Origin: Candidatus Latescibacterota bacterium
GTDB taxonomy: Bacteria > Latescibacterota > UBA2968 > UBA8231
DNA length: 64,000 nucleotides
Direction: 5' to 3'
Assembly (NCBI GenBank): GCA_965200315.1
Contig: OZ241362.1
Coordinates: 4,864,001 to 4,928,000 of the forward strand
Part shown: positions 57,214 to 64,000 of the stretch, piece after piece
Layout: every line of letters begins with the position of its first letter
How positions within the stretch are numbered: the stretch's first letter is position 1
Notes under the pieces: generated by a model
Database searches by the model: none
The model's input: only the letters and a program-made list of their open reading frames with translations
What the model was told of the DNA's origin: nothing
Position numbers and translations under genes: made by a program

Positions 57214-58664
57214 CCGCTGAGTTTGCCCAACAAGCCCCAACCGCTGACGGCGGACGAGGCGATCAGGACTAGGGTTGAGAGCACTGCGCCAATGAGGACC
57301 CATGCGCGGGTGCGGTAGGAGGCGGGCAACTTGAAGTTGAGGTAGATGGCTGCCACCATCATTATGGCAATGGCCAGATTGGCGATGAGGAAGCCGGCTA
57401 TTTGGGTCAGGATGTCGAAGGGGATGTTGTTCCAGACGATGAGCATGGTGGTGGCGAAGATGTAGAGACAGATGACGCGCTTGATCGCCTGGTATTCCCA
57501 AGTGCGGTTGGGCCAGCGGGCGGCGAGAAACTCTTGCGCCACGCGGGCGTAGATTTCGGGCAGGGCTTGCAGGGTGCCCCACAGCGCGGCGAGGATGCAG
57601 ACGTAGTAAATCCACACCAAGCTCGGATGAATCTGCCGCCAGACGTGGGCTTGGTGCGTCAGCAAGTTCCAGCCTTCAAAGCGGGTTTCGAGCGGGAAGA
57701 GCACGGCCGCCCCGGAGATCATAAAGGCCCCAGTGACGATAAAGAGGACCAGCGCTCCCAGCCCCACGTCCCAGCGCAGCGGAGACACGCGTTGCCGCAA
57801 GTGGTGGATTTGCTGGGGATCGTCGGGTAGGTAGTCGATGCTCTCGCTGCGGGAGGCGCGGTCGCGGATGGCCTCGATATCTTGGTGGCCAGTCAGTCCC
57901 CACTTGTGCAGACCGACCCAGTTGGCGTAGGCGATGTAGCCAATGACCGAGCCGCCGACGTAGCCAAAGGTGGTGCCCAACGTCAGCAGCGGATGCGCGA
58001 CGGTGTCCGCAGGTGCCCAGTCCGGGAACGGCGGCAGGTCGCCAAAGCGGAAGGTCCCCACAAGCGCCGCGATAAAGTCTGGACGCACAATGAGGGTGCC
58101 GCCGATAGTGCCCGTGACTAGGATTCCACAGATGATGAGTTGTTGCTTTTCGAGGCGTTCAAAGGACAGGCGGATGCCAAAGAACAACGCGAAGGCAATA
58201 AAGGCCGAGGTTATGGCGTTTTCCCAGAAGACTTCTTGCTCGCCAGCGGGCAGCATGTCGCGCAGCAAGAAGTGAAAGAGGTCGCCGCAGGGCTTGGAGA
58301 CGGGCACCCAAGCTAGGGGTGCGCCGATCATCTCAAAAAGCAAAATGGTCAACAGCAGCCATCCGCGCGGCCCGGGCAGGCGCACGAGGCGGTGGCCGAT
58401 CAGCTCGCCGCTGACGGCTGTGTAGCGGCCAATCAGGTAGGTGAAGAAGACGCCCTTGACCAAGCAACTGAGCAAGACCATCCACAACAAGCCATAGCCG
58501 GCCCAAGCACCGGCCCGCACCACGACGATGGTCTCGCCGGCACCGATGGCGACCGAGGCGACGATGGCCGCCGGGCCGAAGACGGCGAGCATACCTACGA
58601 GTTTCTTTAGCGACCACGGCTGGGAGAAGACGCCTTCGGGTGGCGAGATTTCTACTTTGTTCAT
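57210..58664 (-). CDS. Nramp/APC-superfamily transporter
   Basis: GPAAIVASVAIGAGE, GA..GY.LLW and GRYT..SGE; about 11 hydrophobic segments. Confidence 0.8.
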   Translation of the reverse strand: MNKVEISPPEGVFSQPWSLKKLVGMLAVFGPAAIVASVAIGAGETIVVVRAGAWAGYGLLWMVLLSCLVKGVFFTYLIGRYTAVSGELIGHRLVRLPGPRGWLLLTILLFEMIGAPLAWVPVSKPCGDLFHFLLRDMLPAGEQEVFWENAITSAFIAFALFFGIRLSFERLEKQQLIICGILVTGTIGGTLIVRPDFIAALVGTFRFGDLPPFPDWAPADTVAHPLLTLGTTFGYVGGSVIGYIAYANWVGLHKWGLTGHQDIEAIRDRASRSESIDYLPDDPQQIHHLRQRVSPLRWDVGLGALVLFIVTGAFMISGAAVLFPLETRFEGWNLLTHQAHVWRQIHPSLVWIYYVCILAALWGTLQALPEIYARVAQEFLAARWPNRTWEYQAIKRVICLYIFATTMLIVWNNIPFDILTQIAGFLIANLAIAIMMVAAIYLNFKLPASYRTRAWVLIGAVLSTLVLIASSAVSGWGLLGKLSG

Positions 58665-58808
58665 GCGAGGAGATGCGCTTTGCAGAGGGGAATAAAGCAC
58701 TGGGCGGCGATGCTGAGGCATAAATTCATGGTGGGGCAAGATACAGCGGGCGGATAGGCGGCGCAATAGGCCGCTTTTAAGCCGTGGATGAGTTGTGCTG
58801 ATGGGCTG

Positions 58809-60005
58809 TTATGATTTTTCGCGTTGCACTTCAGGATCGCCCAAGTCAGGTACGGGGATGAGGGTGCCGCCTTGGAGAGCGGACTCGTGGGCGACGAGGC
58901 CGGGGAGCATGTAGCGCGCCGCATCCCAGGCGTTGTTGGGCGGAAGCTGGCCGATGGCACAGGCAGTGACGAAGTCGTGGACGAGAAATTGATGGGCGCC
59001 CGCGTGACCATTGGGCAGGCCGGCGAACTCGCGCGGCAGGTGCTCGACCGGGTGAACGGCCGATGCGCCGAGGTGGGTGCCGTCGGCCGCGGTGACTTTA
59101 TCCATGGGGTCGTCGGCTTGGCGCGGCTGGCCGGTGCAAGCGAGGAGCGGATCCAAGTTCTCCTGTTGGGCGTGGTCTTTGGTCAGCCAACGGGCACCGC
59201 TGGCGGATTGTTCAAAGCAGCCTTCGGTGCCTTGGAGCATCATTTGTACGCAGCCGGGGTGGCCGATGCGGCGGAACTCGTTGATGCGGCAGGTGCTGCC
59301 GTCGGACATCTTGTACAGGGCGCTTTGGTTGCTAAAGGGGTTTTGCCAGTCGTTGTGCTGGTAGATGCCGTCGGTGTGCTCGTCGCGGAAGCCTTGGCAG
59401 GACACGTGCGTCATGTAGGCACCCGTAACGGAGATGATCTGACTCGTCGAATGGGTTGGGTAATACATCGGGGGGATGCCAGCGGTCTCGCGCCAGTTTT
59501 CTCCGCCGCGCCAGCGGGCCACCTCGTAGAGGCCGTGATCCCAGTCGTGGTAGTACTCGGCTTGGCCATAGACGATCTGGCCAAACGCGCCGCGGGTGTG
59601 CTGCTGGCGGCAGTAGAGCACGCCGGGGTAGTAATAGCTGGTCTCGCCGAGCATGTACACCTTGTTGCTGCGCGTGGCGGCCGCGATCAGGTTTTCTATT
59701 TCCGCATAGCTGATACCAGGGGGGACGGCTGAATACACGTGTTTGCCGGCCTCTAGGGCTTGGACGGCTTGGGGGCCGTGGAGCCAGTTTTGGGTGAAGA
59801 GGCAAACGGCGTCGATGGACGAGCCGCAGAGCGCGTCGAGCGAGGGGCTGGTATCGGCGATTTGGTGTCTGGCAGCACTGTGCATCAACTTCTCGCTGTC
59901 CAAATCGCAGAGGACGACTTGGCCGACGAGGGGGTGTGCTTTGAAGAGGATAATAAAGCCTTGGGCGAAAGCGCCCGTGCCGACGATGCCGATGCGTAAA
60001 CTCAT
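58809..60005 (-). CDS. Gfo/Idh/MocA oxidoreductase
   Basis: GIVGTG.F, GKHVYSAVP, ETSYY and YPTHS. Confidence 0.88.
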   Translation of the reverse strand: MSLRIGIVGTGAFAQGFIILFKAHPLVGQVVLCDLDSEKLMHSAARHQIADTSPSLDALCGSSIDAVCLFTQNWLHGPQAVQALEAGKHVYSAVPPGISYAEIENLIAAATRSNKVYMLGETSYYYPGVLYCRQQHTRGAFGQIVYGQAEYYHDWDHGLYEVARWRGGENWRETAGIPPMYYPTHSTSQIISVTGAYMTHVSCQGFRDEHTDGIYQHNDWQNPFSNQSALYKMSDGSTCRINEFRRIGHPGCVQMMLQGTEGCFEQSASGARWLTKDHAQQENLDPLLACTGQPRQADDPMDKVTAADGTHLGASAVHPVEHLPREFAGLPNGHAGAHQFLVHDFVTACAIGQLPPNNAWDAARYMLPGLVAHESALQGGTLIPVPDLGDPEVQREKS

Positions 60006-60067
60006 GGAGGGCAAGGTATAGCGGGCGGATGGGCGGCGCAATAGTCTGCAGGCGCGGTCCGATCTCG

Positions 60068-61582
60068 CTAACGGATCACGGCCAACTTGTGAGCGATCTC
60101 AGCGCCGCCAGCCTGCAAGCGATACAAGTACACCCCGGTCGCTAGATCGCCGGCTGCCCAGGCAATGGTATGCCAGCCGGCCTCCCGGTGGCCCTTGCTT
60201 ATCTGCCCGACGCGCTGGCCTTGGAGATTGTACACCGCTAGATCGACTGGCCCCGCCACGGGCAGCCAAAAGCGTATCTGGGTCGAATTGTTGAAGGGAT
60301 TGGGCGCATTGGCGGCCAGAATCGGCGCACCGGTCGCGTCCAGCGACTCTACCTCCTCCACCGCGGTAGCCATTTCTGACTCGGCAATGTCGAACTGGAC
60401 GAACCACAACTCGTAGTTGGGATGAGGTCCTGCGCTGAATACCGCAGTGGGCAGGCTCGGCATCAGGCTACCGCTGGCCGGGGAAATGCCGTGGAGGAAG
60501 AAACTGGAGACTAGGCCGTAGCTGGCCAAATCGACCAGCGGCTCCGCCTGCCAGCTACCCCCGCGATCGTCCGATCTATAGAGCCGCAAGTCGGACCCGT
60601 ATGTGCTGGCAACCCACACGGCACTGCTTCCACTCGGTCTTTGATAGGCCGCAGCCACCTGTGCATTGCTCAGGGCTTGGCGGCTCCACGCGCCGGTATG
60701 CGGGTCTCGTACAAAGACGAACAGTTGATTAGCCTCGCCGGGGGATTGGTATTGTCCGGTGACGTATATGTAGCCAGCTAAATCGCGCCACATGGCCTCG
60801 CCGAAAGCTATGAAATCGCCTTCGGGCGCGATCTCGACTACAACCTCGGGCGCGACCGGACCGGGATCGCCGTAGGGCAAGTGCATGTAGAGGATGCGGT
60901 TGTAGAGTGCTCTGGGGTTGGGCTGATTGCTCACCAGCAAGTGATAACCCGTCTCATCTGGCTGAATGACCGGGTAGAGCCAAGTCGTCCACGGCTCCTT
61001 TGTCCTTTGCGCCGGCGCGAGGACGTAGGGACCGTCCCAAGTGCCGGTGCGCAAATCGAGCATGGCCGTCTTGAAGGTATAGGTCGCCGGATCGCCGATA
61101 TAGCCGATGACTAGGCGCTCTTCGCAAATACCAGCACCCATGTACCCGGCCTTGCCAATAGCGGCCGGCACTTCGAGTTGTTCAAACTGGTCGATCTGCC
61201 CCGGTGCTGTGGCCCGCAGAATGACCGGCTTTTCGTTGAGCTTTGGATAGATCAGGAGCAGCCGCCGTTGCTCGTCGAGCAATACCATGCCCGGCTGGTA
61301 GTTCAAACCGTCCCACTCGTAGCCCCGGTGCCACTGCCCGTCGCGCCATTGGTAGAGCGCCCCCCGCGCTGTGGCCTGCTCCGGCCCCCACAGCGCGACC
61401 GTGTAATAGCTCTCGCCATCGTACACCAGTTTGGGGGCGTTGTAGCCCCAGTACGAACTAACCCAAGCTACGCCCGAGTCGATTTTGGCTAGATGCACGT
61501 CGATTTCTTGTCCCGAGACCCCAACGGCATTCCACTTTAGGGAGATGACAGCTAGCCATAGCCACGCGACTCGTCCTTCCAC
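60068..61582 (-). CDS. Secreted beta-propeller/BNR-like protein with a FlgD/T9SS-like C-terminal domain
   Basis: Asp-box SDDRGGSW; TAVEE...NAPNPFN...VYNLQGQRV...GVYLYRL. Confidence 0.7.
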   Translation of the reverse strand: MEGRVAWLWLAVISLKWNAVGVSGQEIDVHLAKIDSGVAWVSSYWGYNAPKLVYDGESYYTVALWGPEQATARGALYQWRDGQWHRGYEWDGLNYQPGMVLLDEQRRLLLIYPKLNEKPVILRATAPGQIDQFEQLEVPAAIGKAGYMGAGICEERLVIGYIGDPATYTFKTAMLDLRTGTWDGPYVLAPAQRTKEPWTTWLYPVIQPDETGYHLLVSNQPNPRALYNRILYMHLPYGDPGPVAPEVVVEIAPEGDFIAFGEAMWRDLAGYIYVTGQYQSPGEANQLFVFVRDPHTGAWSRQALSNAQVAAAYQRPSGSSAVWVASTYGSDLRLYRSDDRGGSWQAEPLVDLASYGLVSSFFLHGISPASGSLMPSLPTAVFSAGPHPNYELWFVQFDIAESEMATAVEEVESLDATGAPILAANAPNPFNNSTQIRFWLPVAGPVDLAVYNLQGQRVGQISKGHREAGWHTIAWAAGDLATGVYLYRLQAGGAEIAHKLAVIR

Positions 61583-61706
61583 AACAGCCTCCTTTGCAGC
61601 GGCACCTGACCCGGCGGCCTAGCCTTTCTCGGGTTGGGTTGGCGTTGACAAGGCCGTGCATTATTTTGCAGCCGACCTGTCCACCCTTTTGCCCGGCTAA
61701 AATCCC

Positions 61707-62534
61707 ATGTCCAGTCCCATTGCAGCAGGCCGACCGTACTCGCCGGAAGAAACCCAACGCATAATCGAGCAGTTCAACCGCGACGGCTACTATCACTTGG
61801 GGGCCATCCTCGCAGCCGCCGAGGTTGAGGCCCTGCGCGAGGCCATGGCGCGCAAAGTCGCCGATCCCCGCATCCTAAACGACCCAGCCGGCGACCACGT
61901 CCGCGGCATCAGCCTCATGCGTATGTTTGAATATAGCGAGGCATTCCGCGACTTGGTAGTTCGCGAGCCCTTTGCCAGCCTGGCCGAAGCCATCCTCGGA
62001 GACAACTGCCACCTCATGTCGCAAAACGCCCTGTACACCGAACCCGACCCCAGCAAAGTGCCCGACGGCCCCGGCGGCTGGCACCTCGACGATTTGATCC
62101 ACTTTCCCCTGCCCGATGAGGTGGAACAGCACGACCCGCGCATCACCATGCCCTGCTTGGTGCTACAGATATTCACCCCGGTCAGCGATGTGGAAAGCGT
62201 TGAATATGGCCCCACGCAGGTCGTGCCCGGCAGCCACCGCGCCGGCCGCGGGCCCGCCGGGCAAGACAAGCCCACGTTTTGCGGGACGGAACCAGTCTCT
62301 TTGTTCGCCCGAGCTGGCGACGCTTATATGTTCAGCAACCAGCTCTGGCACCGGGGGGCACCCAATGCCTCGGATCGCACTCGCTTCATGGCCGGTGCCA
62401 CGTACAGCAAGCGTTTTATCGCCCAACGTTTCTACCCTTTTATCGACTACCGCATGCCGCCGCAGGTGATGGAGGGTGCCTCGCCCCGGTTGCAACGCTT
62501 GCTCGGCCGCCACGAGAAAGGGGCCTACGGCTGA
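61707..62534 (+). CDS. Phytanoyl-CoA dioxygenase family protein
   Basis: WHLD, GPT.VVPGSH and WHRG.PN.S.RTR. Confidence 0.9.
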   Translation: MSSPIAAGRPYSPEETQRIIEQFNRDGYYHLGAILAAAEVEALREAMARKVADPRILNDPAGDHVRGISLMRMFEYSEAFRDLVVREPFASLAEAILGDNCHLMSQNALYTEPDPSKVPDGPGGWHLDDLIHFPLPDEVEQHDPRITMPCLVLQIFTPVSDVESVEYGPTQVVPGSHRAGRGPAGQDKPTFCGTEPVSLFARAGDAYMFSNQLWHRGAPNASDRTRFMAGATYSKRFIAQRFYPFIDYRMPPQVMEGASPRLQRLLGRHEKGAYG

Positions 62535-62544
62535 GGTCAGATTT

Positions 62545-63124
62545 ATGGGCCGCCCCCGGATTTCGATCCTGTTTCGCGCCGTTCTCCTGCTGTTTATGCT
62601 GATGCTCCACGCCAACCAGCCAGCCGCTGCCCTTGAGCGCAGCACCCCCGAGGCTTTGGGCATCTCCAGCCGGGCCATTCTCGGCTTCGTCGATGCCGCC
62701 GAGGGTTCGATTGATGCCCTGCACAGCTTTATGCTGCTACGCGGAGGGAAAGTGGTGGCCGAGGGCTGGTGGTATCCCTATAACCCCGACAGCCCCCATC
62801 GCCTCTATTCTCTGAGCAAGAGCTTCACCTCCACAGCAGTGGGTCTGGCGGTCGAGGAAGGGCTGCTGAGTCTCGACGATCTGGTCCTCGACCACTTTCA
62901 CCAGCGACCATTCTCAACCGGTCGCCGCCAGCGGCGCATGGAGCGCGGACAGCACCTACAAAGTGAGGCTTTGCTTCTACGAGACGCCCTTTCGCTCCCT
63001 GCTGACTTTCCGCTTCGCCGAAGACCGGCTGCTCTTCGACATGGAGTACAATGTCGGCTTTGGGGAGACGAAGTGGGAAGAGCTGACTGCGAGGGCGCAG
63101 ATGGGCGAGGGAGTTGATCCCTGA
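62545..63124 (+). pseudogene. Serine hydrolase (beta-lactamase family) with a large internal deletion and a frameshift
   Basis: N-terminus up to SLSKS...DDLVLDHF, then in another frame VAASGAW...LCFYETPF...NVGFG ending at TGA 63124. Confidence 0.8.
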
Positions 63125-63186
63125 ACTATGAGACGGGGGGCGGTCTCGAAGATGAGCCTCCGCCTCGCCGGGACAAGGATTTCACC

Positions 63187-64000
63187 ATGAAATTTGGCAT
63201 CATCGGCTGTGGCTCCATAGCCGAGAACTCGTTCGGGCCGAGCCTGCTGGCTTCGGAACGGAACCATCTCGTCGCTGTCTGCCGTCGCGACCTCGAAGCC
63301 GCTAGGGCATTCGCGGCGCGATTTGGTGGCCCGCGTGCCTATAGCTCGGCGGTGGAGTTGGTGCGCGACGACCGGGTGGAGGCTGTCATCGTGTCGACGC
63401 CGACCGATACCCATTGCGACTACACCTGCCTAGCGGCGGAGCACGGAAAGCACGTCTTGTGCGAGAAGCCGATGGCGCGAAACGCCGCCGAGTGTCGCGC
63501 AATGATCGCCGTGTGCCGGGCTCACGGCGTGACCCTAGCGGTCGCCTACCGCCGGCGCACCAGTCCGCAAGTGGTCGCGGCCAAGCGGTTGATCGCTGCG
63601 GGCCGCATCGGCCGGGTCGTTTTCGTGCGCACCCATTACAGCGGGCGCTGGGACCCGGAAGTGGGGGATTGGCGGATCGAACCGGGCATCGGCGGGGCCC
63701 TGATGGAAATGGCGTCGCATCGCATCGAAGTGCTGTTGAACTTCGGCGGTCGGCCGCAGTCGGTGAGCGCCGTGGTCGACGCGGTCGGCCACGACTGGCC
63801 CGTTGATGACACCGACGCCCTGATCGTGCGCTTCGAGGATGGCGGGATCGGCATGCACTCGACAATCCTGACCTCGCCACCGCGCCGCGACTTTGCCCAG
63901 ATCGACGGCGATGGCGGCAGGATACTGATCGACCCTCTGGAGTTGACGGCGGGTCACCTGATTCTGGAGCTACCTGATGGAACGGAGAGGATTGAGGTGG
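63187..64000 (+). CDS. Gfo/Idh/MocA oxidoreductase, running off the window end
   Basis: Hand translation MKFGIIGCGSIA...STP...H...GKHVLCEKPMA...GGALMEMASH; no stop codon in the window. Confidence 0.9.
   Translation, partial: MKFGIIGCGSIAENSFGPSLLASERNHLVAVCRRDLEAARAFAARFGGPRAYSSAVELVRDDRVEAVIVSTPTDTHCDYTCLAAEHGKHVLCEKPMARNAAECRAMIAVCRAHGVTLAVAYRRRTSPQVVAAKRLIAAGRIGRVVFVRTHYSGRWDPEVGDWRIEPGIGGALMEMASHRIEVLLNFGGRPQSVSAVVDAVGHDWPVDDTDALIVRFEDGGIGMHSTILTSPPRRDFAQIDGDGGRILIDPLELTAGHLILELPDGTERIEV

Noticed and set aside
1-64000. CRISPR array, tRNA, rRNA, integrase or transposase
   Set aside because: No regularly spaced direct repeats, cloverleaf or rRNA-like sequence, or recombinase motifs were recognised by eye

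Overview
A GC-rich bacterial chromosomal window. The rsmB-PASTA-rpe-ffh-rpsP-rimM-trmD-rplS order, the N.PNPFN-type and 'TAV..SWARIK' C-terminal tags, and the many Gfo/Idh/MocA and PhyH genes suggest an uncultured FCB-group organism such as Latescibacterota; this assignment is inference. The first ~40 kb mixes catabolic and transport genes with defence cassettes: a type ISP restriction-modification (RM) enzyme followed by an uncharacterised low-GC two-gene module, a low-GC type II-like RM pair whose methyltransferase has a G11 tract, a helicase-less type IIG/ISP-like RM enzyme, HEPN-MNT, VapBC, HicBA and an AbiEii-like nucleotidyltransferase pair. It also holds several deletion remnants (Phd, BrnT, an ATPase chimera, DUF1992-like, DUF6785-like and HAD fragments). 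The region from ~40 to 52 kb is mostly housekeeping genes, and 52-64 kb holds an L,D-transpeptidase cluster and more catabolic genes. I recognised no tRNA, rRNA, CRISPR array, integrase or transposase. The best leads are the candidate defence pair at 9.7-11 kb, the possibly phase-variable RM pair, a strong CCWGG depletion footprint, recurrent deletion scars and the short SWARIK-type sorting tag. All family calls come from motif recognition by eye; no database search was run.
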